Positions 19,294-27,943 of a DNA stretch of 64,000 bases are shown one piece after another. The notes under the pieces were generated by a model. The model worked only from the letters and a program-made list of their open reading frames with translations. It was not told the DNA's origin and made no database searches. Position 1 is the first letter of the stretch, and each line of letters starts with the position of its first letter. This stretch comes from Deferrisomatales bacterium (GTDB lineage: Bacteria; Desulfobacterota; Deferrisomatia; Deferrisomatales; JACRMM01), in NCBI GenBank assembly GCA_033551855.1, contig JAWSUI010000006.1:58788-122787 (forward strand), in the 5' to 3' direction. A program made the position numbers and the translations under genes.

Positions 19294-21978
19294 GTGACCA
19301 GACGTGCCAAGCAGAGCGGCCCCGCGAACCCCCCTTCGGCGTCGCCCGAGAGCCCGGTGCCGGGGGATGCGTTCCCCGTCGTCGGCCTCGGCGCCTCGGC
19401 CGGGGGGCTCGAGGCGCTGGAGCAGTTCCTGGACCACGCGCCGGCCGACTCGGGCATGGCGTTCGTGGTGGTGCAGCACCTGGACCCGACCCACAAGGGC
19501 GCCCTGCCCGAGCTCCTCCAGCGCCGCACCCGGATGCAGGTCTCTCAGGTCGAGGAGGGGATGCGGGTGGAGCCCAACCGCGTCTACGTGATCCCTCCCA
19601 ACCGGGACCTGTTCCTGGAGGGCGGCACCCTGCGGCTCCTGGAGCCGGCGGAGCCCCGGGGGCTCCGCCTGCCCATCGACTCCTTTTTCCGCAGCCTGGC
19701 CCGGGACCTGGAGGAACGGGCCATCGGCGTCATCCTCTCCGGCATGGGCTCGGACGGCACCCTGGGGCTGCGGGCGATCAAGGAGAACGCCGGCCTCACC
19801 CTGGTGCAGGACCCGGGCTCCGCCAAGTACGACAGCATGCCCCGCAGCGCCATCGACGCGGGGATCGCCGACTTCGTGGCTCCGGCCCAGGAGCTGCCGG
19901 TCAAGCTGCTGGCCTCGTTCCACGGCACCCTGGTCGCCGAGGTGGAGGACCAGGAGGCCGAAAGGAAGTCGCCGAGCGCCCTGGAGAAGATCGTGGCCCT
20001 GCTGCGCGCCCGCACCGGCCGCGACTTCGCGCCCTACAAGCGCAGCACCATCTCCCGGCGGGTCGAGCGGCGCATGGGCATCCACCAGCTCCGGACGATC
20101 GCCCGGTACGCGGACTTCCTGCACGACAACCCCCAGGAGCTCGCCCTGCTCTCCCGGGAGCTCCTGATCGGGGTGACGAGCTTCTTCCGCGACCCCAAGG
20201 CCTTTGCCGCCTTGCGGGAGAAGGCCCTGCCGGCGCTGCTCGCGAGCCGGCCGGCCGGCCGCGTCTTCCGGGTCTGGGTGCCCGCGTGCGCCACGGGGGA
20301 GGAGGCGTACTCCCTGGCCATGCTCCTGAAGGAGGCCCTGGAGGAGCGGCAGGCGGCGGCGGGGCGGAGCGGCGGCGACCGCGTCCAGGTCTTCGCCACG
20401 GACCTCGACCCGGACGCCGTCGCCCGGGCCCGGCAGGGGGCCTACCCCGAGGGCATCGCCGCCGACGTCTCGCCGGAGCGCCTGCGGCGCTTCTTCGTCA
20501 AGGAGGGCGGCGCTTACCGGGTGGCCAAGGAGCTTCGTGACACCGTCGTCTTCGCGCCGCACAACGTCATCACCGACCCGCCCTTCACCAAGCTCGACCT
20601 GCTCTCGTGCCGCAACCTCTTGATCTACTTGACCGCCGACGTACAGAAGAAGCTCCTGCCGCTGTTTCACTACAGCCTCAACCCCGAGGGCATCCTCTTC
20701 CTGGGCTCGGCGGAGACCGCCGGAGGCTTCCCCGACCTCTTCTCCCCCATCGACCCCCAGGCGAAGCTCTATCGTCGCCGCCCGTCCTCGGCCGCCGCGA
20801 GGGCCGTGGAGTTCCCCTCCTCCTACGCCCCGTCCGAGGACGACGAACTGGGGGCCGTCCGGGGGGCGCCACGCTCCCCGGGGGCCGGCCTCCAGGAGCT
20901 GGTGGACGGGGTGCTCCTCCGGGAGTTCGGGCCGCCGTGCGTGCTGGTGGACGAGCGGGGCGACCTCCTCTACGTCCACGGCCGCACCGGCAAGTACCTG
21001 GAGCCGGCGGCGGGAAAGGCCAACCTCAACCTCTTCGCCATGGCGCGCGAGGGCCTGCGCCATCCCCTCTGGAGCGCCGTGCAGAAGGCCCAGGAGGGGC
21101 AGGAGCCCGTTCGCTGCAAGGGGCTGCGGGTGAAGACCAACGGCACCCACCAGCGCGTGGACGTCACCGTGAAGCCCCTGGGGGAGCCGCAGGCCCTGCG
21201 GGGGCTCCTGCTGGTGCTGTTCGAGGAGGTGGCCGCTCCCCGCCGGCGAAGCCGCTCCCGCCCGGCGCCTTCCGGGGGGGTCGAGGCGCTGCCGGGAAGG
21301 GTGGAAGAGCTCGAGCGGGAGCTCCAGCAGAGCCGGGAGTACCTGCAGACCACGCAGGAGGAGATGCAGACCTCCCAGGAGGAGCTCAAGAGCGCCAACG
21401 AGGAGCTCCAGTCCACGAACGAGGAGCTCCAGAGCACCAACGAGGAGCTCACCACCTCGAAGGAGGAGATGCAGTCCTTGAACGAAGAGCTTCTCTCGGT
21501 CAACACCGAGATGCAGGCCAAGATCGAAGAGCTCTCCCGCACCTCGAACGACATGAAGAACCTCTTGAACAGCACCGACATCGCCACCCTGTTCCTCGAC
21601 AACGACCTGAACGTGCGCCGCTTTACCGGCCAGACGACCCGCATCATCAAGCTCATCCCGAGCGACGTGGGGCGGCCCATCACCGATATCGTGTCCGACC
21701 TGAGCTACCCCGGCCTGGCCGACGACGTGCGAGACGTGCTGGAAACCCTCGCCTTCCAGGAGCGGGAGGTCGCGACGGTGGACGGGCGCTGGTTCCAGGT
21801 GCGCATCCTGCCCTACCGCACCTACGAGAACCGCATCGACGGCGTGGTGCTCACGTTCTCCGACATCACCGTCGCCAAGCAGCTCGAGCAGGCTCTGCGG
21901 GATGCGCAGCAGGCGGCGCAGCAGCGGATCGAGACCCTGGAATCCGCGGTGACGACAAAAGGGGAGGGCCGTTCATGA
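19294..21978 (+). CDS. CheB-CheR fusion with PAS and methyl-accepting-type coiled coil (MAC-like), no kinase domain
   Basis: GASAGG, VQHLDP, GMGSDG (CheB); VTSFFRD, CATGEEAYS, SCRNLLIY (CheR); NEELQSTNEEL heptads; GTG start inferred. Confidence 0.92.
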   Translation: MTRRAKQSGPANPPSASPESPVPGDAFPVVGLGASAGGLEALEQFLDHAPADSGMAFVVVQHLDPTHKGALPELLQRRTRMQVSQVEEGMRVEPNRVYVIPPNRDLFLEGGTLRLLEPAEPRGLRLPIDSFFRSLARDLEERAIGVILSGMGSDGTLGLRAIKENAGLTLVQDPGSAKYDSMPRSAIDAGIADFVAPAQELPVKLLASFHGTLVAEVEDQEAERKSPSALEKIVALLRARTGRDFAPYKRSTISRRVERRMGIHQLRTIARYADFLHDNPQELALLSRELLIGVTSFFRDPKAFAALREKALPALLASRPAGRVFRVWVPACATGEEAYSLAMLLKEALEERQAAAGRSGGDRVQVFATDLDPDAVARARQGAYPEGIAADVSPERLRRFFVKEGGAYRVAKELRDTVVFAPHNVITDPPFTKLDLLSCRNLLIYLTADVQKKLLPLFHYSLNPEGILFLGSAETAGGFPDLFSPIDPQAKLYRRRPSSAAARAVEFPSSYAPSEDDELGAVRGAPRSPGAGLQELVDGVLLREFGPPCVLVDERGDLLYVHGRTGKYLEPAAGKANLNLFAMAREGLRHPLWSAVQKAQEGQEPVRCKGLRVKTNGTHQRVDVTVKPLGEPQALRGLLLVLFEEVAAPRRRSRSRPAPSGGVEALPGRVEELERELQQSREYLQTTQEEMQTSQEELKSANEELQSTNEELQSTNEELTTSKEEMQSLNEELLSVNTEMQAKIEELSRTSNDMKNLLNSTDIATLFLDNDLNVRRFTGQTTRIIKLIPSDVGRPITDIVSDLSYPGLADDVRDVLETLAFQEREVATVDGRWFQVRILPYRTYENRIDGVVLTFSDITVAKQLEQALRDAQQAAQQRIETLESAVTTKGEGRS

Positions 21979-23828
21979 CCCGTGCGCGGAAGGGGTCAAG
22001 AGACGCCCAACCCCTGCGCCGGCGCGCGGAGAGTTGGCTGCAGGGAAGGCCGCCCGGCCCTGCGGGGGACCCGGCGCCCGCAGACCTCCCGAGGCTCCTC
22101 CACGAGCTCCAGGTCCACCAGGTGGAGCTCGAGATGCAAAACGAAGAGCTCCGCGGGACCCAGGCGGAGCTCGAGTCCGCGCGCGACGCCGCCCAGGCCG
22201 CCAATCGGGCGAAGAGCGCCTTTCTCGCCAACATGAGCCACGAGATCCGGACCCCCTTGAGCGCCGTCGTCGGGATGCTGCGCCTGCTGCGCGGCACATC
22301 GCTCGACGACACCCAGCGCCGCTATGCCGAGCTGGCGGCAAGCTCTGCCGATCACCTGCTGCACCTCATCGACGACCTCCTGGACTTCTCCAAGATCGAA
22401 GCCGGCAGGCTGGAGCTGGAGTCCGTGGCGTTCAGCCCGAGACTCGTCGTCGAGGACACCGTCAGCAGCCTGGCGCCTCAGGCGAAGGCGAAGGGCATCG
22501 GCCTGACCCACCGGATCGGACCCCTGGTCCCGGGATTTCTCGCGGGCGACCCGCACCGGCTCCGACAGGTGCTGTTGAACCTGACCGGCAACGCCGTGAA
22601 GTTCACCCGGAAGGGCGAGGTGACGGTGTGCGTCGGCATCGACGGGGAGGTGCGCGGTTCCGAGCCGCCGATCCCCGGTTCGAGAGTCCCGAACGGGAAC
22701 AGGGATCCGGGAGCCGGCAACGCCGTGCGCGTGCGGTTCACCGTCCGCGATACCGGCATCGGGGTGCCGATCGACTCGCTGGACCGCCTCTTTCGGAGCT
22801 TCAGCCAGGTCGACGGCTCGACCGCACGGGTGCACGGGGGCACGGGCCTCGGGCTCGCCATCTCCAAGCAGCTCGTGGAGCAGATGGGCGGCTCGATCGA
22901 CGTGCAGAGCGCGGAGGGAAAAGGCAGCATCTTCGCGTTCACGGTTCCGTTCGCCCCAGCCCCGATCGATCTCTGGGCGCCCGAGAGCGCGGTCGGCGAC
23001 GAGGCTGCGCTGCTCCCCCCGCCATCCCAGGTTCGCATCCTGGTCGCAGAGGACGAGTCGGCCAATCGCGAAGTCGCAGTCGAGTACCTGCGGTGGCGGG
23101 GCTGGCTCGTGACGGCGGTTGCAGACGGCGGGGCGGCGGTGGAAGCCCTGCTCTCCGAGCCCTACGACCTCGTCCTGATGGACGTCCAGATGCCCGGGCT
23201 CGACGGTATACAGGCCACGAGGCGCATCCGGGAGCGGGAAGCGTCCGGCGGAGCCCGCGTGCCGATCATCGGTCTCACGGCGCACGCCCTTCCGGAGGAC
23301 CGGGCGCGGTGCCTCGAGGCCGGCATGGACGACTACCTCGCCAAGCCCGTGGAGCCCGAGACGCTGCACGCGGCCGTGGAGCGGTGGCTCGGGAGGCGGC
23401 CCCGTCCGCTGCCCCTGAAGGAAGTCCCGAACCGAGCCGGTCGTGCCCTGCTCCTCGCGAGTCTCCAGAGCGGGAGCGGGCAGGAGGGGAATCTCGGGCG
23501 GGGCTTTCTCGGCACCGTGAACGAGGGCCCCGGGCAAATCCGCAAGGCGTTGTCCCTGGCGGACGCGGAACGGGCCGCCTCCTGGGCCCACCGCCTGCGG
23601 GGAACCCTGCTCATCTTCGGGTTCCCGGTGGCCGCGGCCGTTGCCCGGGAGATCGAGGCGCGGGCCGCGGAGGGCCGGCTCGACGGCGTCACCGAGCTCG
23701 TGGGGCGGCTGGACGAGGAGATCCTTCGGGTCAAGGCCCTGCTTGCGGGGGCCGCGGGCGCCCAGACCGGCACCCCCGGGGAGGGGCCTCCGGGGAAAGA
23801 CCCGTCGGAGAGGAGTGACTTCCCTTGA
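21975..23828 (+). CDS. Hybrid histidine kinase (HisKA-HATPase-REC-Hpt)
   Basis: ATGA overlap with the CheBR gene; KSAFLANMSHEIRTP, GGTGLGL, LVAED..DLVLMDVQMP..DG, AHRLRG. Confidence 0.92.
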   Translation: MTRARKGSRDAQPLRRRAESWLQGRPPGPAGDPAPADLPRLLHELQVHQVELEMQNEELRGTQAELESARDAAQAANRAKSAFLANMSHEIRTPLSAVVGMLRLLRGTSLDDTQRRYAELAASSADHLLHLIDDLLDFSKIEAGRLELESVAFSPRLVVEDTVSSLAPQAKAKGIGLTHRIGPLVPGFLAGDPHRLRQVLLNLTGNAVKFTRKGEVTVCVGIDGEVRGSEPPIPGSRVPNGNRDPGAGNAVRVRFTVRDTGIGVPIDSLDRLFRSFSQVDGSTARVHGGTGLGLAISKQLVEQMGGSIDVQSAEGKGSIFAFTVPFAPAPIDLWAPESAVGDEAALLPPPSQVRILVAEDESANREVAVEYLRWRGWLVTAVADGGAAVEALLSEPYDLVLMDVQMPGLDGIQATRRIREREASGGARVPIIGLTAHALPEDRARCLEAGMDDYLAKPVEPETLHAAVERWLGRRPRPLPLKEVPNRAGRALLLASLQSGSGQEGNLGRGFLGTVNEGPGQIRKALSLADAERAASWAHRLRGTLLIFGFPVAAAVAREIEARAAEGRLDGVTELVGRLDEEILRVKALLAGAAGAQTGTPGEGPPGKDPSERSDFP

Positions 23829-25600
23829 GATACCTGTTCATCGAGCCCAAGGCTCCCGGTCAGCACATCTTCAGCCGCATCCCGATACCGCGGCTGGGCA
23901 ACGTTCTTCTCGCCACGATCCTGGCCCGACACGGCTACGAATGCCGGGTGCTGGTGGAGGAGGTCCGCCCGGTGCGCACCGAGGACATCGCCTGGGCGGA
24001 CGTCGTGGGCATCTCCTCGACGACCACCACCGCCCCCGCGGCCTACGCCTGGGCCGACCTGGCCCGCGCGGCCGGCAAGATCGTGGTGATGGGCGGTCCC
24101 CACGTGAGCTTCCTGGCCGACGAAGCCCTGGAGCACAGCGACTACGTCGTGCGGGGCGAGGGGGACGAGGCCATGCTGGAGCTGGCGCAGGCGCTCGGCG
24201 GCACCCGGGATCCGGCGTCGATCGGTGGGCTCTCCTACCGGGCGGCGGGCGCGGTGCGGCACAACCCCTCCCGGCCCTTCTTGCAAGACCTGGACCCCTT
24301 GCCGACCCCGGATTTCTCGTTGGTGGAAGGGTGGAGCCCGCGGCGGGTGCTTCCGCTCTCCACCAGCCGCGGCTGCCCTTTCCAGTGCCGGTTCTGCTCC
24401 GTCATTCCCATGTTCGGCACCCGCTACCGGTTCCACTCCGTGGGCCGGGTGCTCGACGACCTGGCCCGCGCGGCCGCGTCGTCCCGGCACGTCTTCGTCT
24501 GCGACGACAACTTCGCGGCCGACAAAAAGCGGGCCCGAGCCATCTGCCAGGGGATGCTCGACCGGGGTATCCGGGTTCAGTGGTCCGCTCAGGTCAGGGC
24601 CGACTGCGCCCGGGACACGGAGCTCGTGGACCTCATGGCCCGGGCCGGCTGCTGGTACGTCTACATCGGCTTCGAGTCCCTCAACCCGCACACCCTGGAG
24701 TCCTTCGGCAAGCGCCAGACGGTGGACGACATCCGGCACGCGGTCGAGGCGTTTCGGGGTCGCGGCATCCGAATCCACGGGATGTTCGTGCTCGGGGCCG
24801 ATCAGGACGACCGGCGGTCGATCCGGGAGACGGCCCGCTTCGCCCGCCGAGCCAGGATCGATTCCGTCCAGTTCCTGATCCTCACGCCGACCCCGGGAAC
24901 GCCCATCCACGACGAGATGGCGGCGGCGGGGCGCCTGCTCACCCGGGACTGGGCCCTCTACGACGCCCATCACGTGGTGTACGAGCCGCTGCAGCTCACC
25001 CCCGACGAGCTCCAACGGGAGGCGGAGCGCGCCTCGGCCCGGTTCTACAGCCTGGGAAGCGTCCTGCGCGGCGCCGCGCGGCTCGACCTCTTCGACATGG
25101 GCCTGAAGCTCTATGCGTGGGGGGCGGCCCGCCGGCTCCAGCGCGGCAAGGCCCCCTTTCTGCAGAACTTACGAGCCGGCGTCCTCAAGGGCGCCCAGGA
25201 CCTGAGGCAGGTGCTCCCCGCAAGGGCACGGCTCATCGCGCTGCCCACGGCAGGACTCCCGGAGGGGGACCGGCGCTTCCTGGTGAAGTTCATGACAGGG
25301 CTGAACATCCGCCCCATCGAGGTCCCGCTGGCGGCCGAGAGGCTCTGGGAGCATCCTGCGGCGCTGGCCCAGCGCGTCGACGTCGTCCTGCTGCCGCTCT
25401 CGAACGAGCCCGACGGGCACTTTGGCGGCCTCCAGCGTTTCGGGTGGGCATGGGGCGCGCGGGGCGAGGGCCACGCGTTCCTGGGGCTCCCGCTGCATCG
25501 CGACCGGCTCTACCGCGCCTGCATCGAGGCGGGGCTGGCCCTCGGGCGCAGCCTTCGGCGGGTGCGCCGTGCCTATCGCCGGGCGACGGGAGAAGGTTGA
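23825..25600 (+). CDS. B12-binding radical SAM protein with C-terminal extension
   Basis: VVMGGPHVS, VVRGEGD, TSRGCPFQCRFC, DDNF, IGFES, LTPTPGT; TTGA overlap with the kinase. Confidence 0.88.
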   Translation: MRYLFIEPKAPGQHIFSRIPIPRLGNVLLATILARHGYECRVLVEEVRPVRTEDIAWADVVGISSTTTTAPAAYAWADLARAAGKIVVMGGPHVSFLADEALEHSDYVVRGEGDEAMLELAQALGGTRDPASIGGLSYRAAGAVRHNPSRPFLQDLDPLPTPDFSLVEGWSPRRVLPLSTSRGCPFQCRFCSVIPMFGTRYRFHSVGRVLDDLARAAASSRHVFVCDDNFAADKKRARAICQGMLDRGIRVQWSAQVRADCARDTELVDLMARAGCWYVYIGFESLNPHTLESFGKRQTVDDIRHAVEAFRGRGIRIHGMFVLGADQDDRRSIRETARFARRARIDSVQFLILTPTPGTPIHDEMAAAGRLLTRDWALYDAHHVVYEPLQLTPDELQREAERASARFYSLGSVLRGAARLDLFDMGLKLYAWGAARRLQRGKAPFLQNLRAGVLKGAQDLRQVLPARARLIALPTAGLPEGDRRFLVKFMTGLNIRPIEVPLAAERLWEHPAALAQRVDVVLLPLSNEPDGHFGGLQRFGWAWGARGEGHAFLGLPLHRDRLYRACIEAGLALGRSLRRVRRAYRRATGEG

Positions 25601-25621
25601 GACGGCAGTCCTCCGCCGGCG

Positions 25622-26686
25622 TCAGAGGGATCTTCCCGACGGAGCCCGCGCTTGGAGGGCAGAGAAACCGACCAGCTCGCGCCGTTCCTCGTCCCAGAGC
25701 TTCAGCCGCGGGGACGCGAGGCTCTTGCGCAGGGTGAGCGGTTCCTTGGCGTGCAGCTCCGGGATGCCGTCGTAACAGCGCTGCAGATTGTAGTTGGGGA
25801 TGCGCGAGGCGAGGTGATGGATGAAGTGGATGCCGATGCTGCCCGAGAACCAGCGCAGCACGGCCGGCAGCCGATAGAAGGAGCTGCCGGCCACCGCGGC
25901 GCGCAGGGGATCCCAGGCGTCTTTCCTCGACCAGTACACACCCTCGAACTGGTGCTGCACGTAGAAGAGCCAGATCCCTCCGGCGCCTCCCAACCACAGC
26001 ACCGGCACCTGGATCAGGAGGTAGGTCCCGAGCCCGATCGCCCAGGAGGCCGATATGGCGACGGCAGCGATGAGGAGGTTGGTGAGCCACACGCTCCTGC
26101 GCGCGATCTTGCTGACCGCCCGGCTCGGCCAGCGCTGCCGGAGCAGGAAGTAGAACAGCGGACCCGCCCCGAAGAGCACCAGGGGGTTCCGGTACAGGCG
26201 GTACTTGAGCCGCCTGGCCCAGGGCAGGCGCAAGTACTCTTCGACGGTGAGCGTCGTGATGTCGCCCACGCCCCTCGCGTCGAGGTTGGCGTAGGTCGCG
26301 TGGTGGCGCAGGTGGGTGAAGCGCCAGTCCTCCAGCGGCGTGAAGGTGAGCGTGCCGCAGAGGTACCCCAGCACGGTGTTGGCCCTCGAGGAAGCGAAGA
26401 ACGAGCTGTGCACGCAGTCGTGGAAGAGGATGAAGAGGCGCACGAGCAGACCCGCCGCGGGCACGGCCAAGAGGAGCGTCAGGATATAGGGATACCCGAG
26501 CTGGATGGACCGGACCATGAGGAACCAGAGCAGGAGATACGGGACGAAGGTGTCGACGAGCTGCCACGCGGCGCGCCTCGCGTCCCGGGTCTCGAACCGC
26601 TTGAGGCTCCGGTGCCAGTCGGGCCACCGGTACGGCGGAGACCCCAGGGGGATCGAATGGGATGTCTGGTAACCGATCTCGGGCAT
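25622..26686 (-). CDS. Membrane fatty acid desaturase (Des-like)
   Basis: His boxes HDCVH, HLRHH, HFIHH; LFYVQHQFE; RIPNYNL. Confidence 0.9.
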   Translation of the reverse strand: MPEIGYQTSHSIPLGSPPYRWPDWHRSLKRFETRDARRAAWQLVDTFVPYLLLWFLMVRSIQLGYPYILTLLLAVPAAGLLVRLFILFHDCVHSSFFASSRANTVLGYLCGTLTFTPLEDWRFTHLRHHATYANLDARGVGDITTLTVEEYLRLPWARRLKYRLYRNPLVLFGAGPLFYFLLRQRWPSRAVSKIARRSVWLTNLLIAAVAISASWAIGLGTYLLIQVPVLWLGGAGGIWLFYVQHQFEGVYWSRKDAWDPLRAAVAGSSFYRLPAVLRWFSGSIGIHFIHHLASRIPNYNLQRCYDGIPELHAKEPLTLRKSLASPRLKLWDEERRELVGFSALQARAPSGRSL

Positions 26687-26976
26687 GCGGCGCCCTTCCT
26701 GCGGACCGTCTTCGGACCCGACACGGCCCCTGTCTGTGGTGGCGAACAACGATTCGAGGGATCCGCGGTCTGGAAAAGTCTACCGCGCACAGGCGCTACC
26801 GGAAGAGGAGCAAAGGCCGCGATCGGGCCTGCCGGGGCCCCGGAAGCGTGGACCTTGTCTTCGTCCGAGCGCACGAGAGCGTCGCTCCCGTCGCCCTGGA
26901 AGGGCACGTGCCGCGGCAGCGGACGCGCAGCATCCGCGATTGTGCCGCACGGTTCCGCAACAGGAGGAGCCCACCC

Positions 26977-27939
26977 ATGTTCCGACACATCCTCGTTCCT
27001 CTCGATGGTTCTCCCCTGGCCGAGTGCGTGCTGCCCCACGTGGCGGCCCTGGGCAAGGCGTTCGGCGCCGACGTGACCCTCCTCCACGTCTTGCCCGAGT
27101 CCTCTTCCGCAGGCCGGATGATGCCCGTCGACCCCCTCGAGTGGCAGGCGAGCCGGGCCGGTGCCTGGATGTATCTGGACGAGAAGGTGGAGCTGCTCGG
27201 GACGCAGGGGGTCAAGAGCTCCCGCGTGCTCCTGGAGGGGCAACCTCCCCAGCGCATCCTCGAGCACGCCCAGGAGCACGGCGCCGACCTCATCGTCCTC
27301 AGCAGTCACGGGAAGGACGGTTTGAGCGGCTGGAACCTTGCCAGCGTCGCGCAAAAGACCGTTCTTCGGTCGCGGGTCTCCACCCTGGTGATCCGCGCGT
27401 ATCGGGCCGAGACGGCGGGGCCGGACGTGCCGGCCTACCGCAGGGTGCTGGTGCCCCTGGACGGGTCCCAGAGGGCGGAGTGCGCCCTCTCCCCGGCCAC
27501 GGCCCTGGCGGGGTTTCTCGGGGCCGAGCTGGTGCTCGCGCACATCCGGGTGCGTCCCCGCCCCTATTTTCCCCAGCAGGGGCCGGTCCGCCCGGAAGAT
27601 ACGGAGCTCATCGAGCGGCTCGTCGAGCGCCAGGAGGGGGAAGCGCAGCAGTACTTCGACCGGCTCAAGGCCCGGCTCCCCCTGGCCGTCCGCACCCGAA
27701 TCGCCGTAAGCGAGCAGGCCGCGGTGGCTCTCTACGACGTGATCCGGGAAGAGCAGGCCGACCTGGTCGTCATGAGCGCCCACGGCCACACCGGGACGAC
27801 GCGCTGGCCCCACGGGCGGACGACCACCCACTTTCTCCTCTACGGGGCGACGCACGTGCTGATCGTGCAGGATCTTGCGCCCCACCCGTGCGAACTCACC
27901 GAGGCGGAGCAGGCGGCCGCGGAAGTGCCGGGGCACTGA
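26977..27939 (+). CDS. Tandem universal stress protein
   Basis: AGGAGG RBS; ILVPLDGS twice; ADLIVLSSHG / ADLVVMSAHG. Confidence 0.92.
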   Translation: MFRHILVPLDGSPLAECVLPHVAALGKAFGADVTLLHVLPESSSAGRMMPVDPLEWQASRAGAWMYLDEKVELLGTQGVKSSRVLLEGQPPQRILEHAQEHGADLIVLSSHGKDGLSGWNLASVAQKTVLRSRVSTLVIRAYRAETAGPDVPAYRRVLVPLDGSQRAECALSPATALAGFLGAELVLAHIRVRPRPYFPQQGPVRPEDTELIERLVERQEGEAQQYFDRLKARLPLAVRTRIAVSEQAAVALYDVIREEQADLVVMSAHGHTGTTRWPHGRTTTHFLLYGATHVLIVQDLAPHPCELTEAEQAAAEVPGH

Positions 27940-27943
27940 CGCG

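Noticed and set aside
21370..21500. 21-bp repeats (AACGAGGAGCTCCAG...) as a possible CRISPR or VNTR
   Set aside because: They are in-frame heptads of the CheBR coiled coil, with no unique spacers and no cas genes
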